This document shows positions 63,885-64,000 of a DNA stretch of 64,000 nt, piece after piece (position 1 is the first letter of the stretch; each line of letters begins with the position of its first letter). The notes under the pieces are model-generated. The model worked only from the letters and a program-made list of their open reading frames with translations. It was not told where the DNA came from and did no database searches. Position numbers and translations under genes: made by a program. This DNA is from Octopus vulgaris. Taxonomy: Eukaryota. Where the stretch lies: the NCBI GenBank assembly GCA_951406725.2, contig OX597825.1:45136001-45200000 (forward strand), in the 5' to 3' direction.

Positions 63885-64000
63885 CACGCACGTTCATGTG
63901 CATCTGTTTTTACATGCATACATACATGCATGTACTTAGACAGATACATATGCAGTATGTGCAGAAAACTATATCTTTGAATTGTTGCACACATTGAAAG

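Noticed and set aside
770-63997. Numerous short ORFs in the track (poly-Leu/Ser, CVCV/YIYI/THTH peptides, antisense ORFs)
   Set aside because: They are translations of microsatellites, SINEs or the opposite strand of TE ORFs, with no independent coding signal.

Overview
AT-rich eukaryotic genomic DNA. The SINE and LINE repertoire points to an octopus/cephalopod (inference). The window is almost entirely intronic. Four small minus-strand exons (52589-52788, 51438-51568, 50445-50522, 28284-28392) have compatible splice phases and join into one reading frame resembling IQCH (IQ motif-containing H). The introns are filled with nested transposons: three decayed Penelope-like elements, two of them carrying an R4/Dong element in their (AAT)n poly-Asn linker; five copies of an RTE family with a PHD finger inside the RT; a near-intact RTE with an 11-bp TSD; two other RTE relics; a complete Chapaev3 element; Tc1/mariner and hAT fragments; a head-to-tail Helitron array; and tRNA-derived SINEs. 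The main unexplained signals are hammerhead-ribozyme-like motifs with palindromic stem III inside two inverted-repeat pairs next to Penelope elements, a TSD-flanked U2 snRNA 5' fragment lying antisense about 30 nt from a splice donor, and several long fold-backs. All calls are by eye, and most TE boundaries are approximate.
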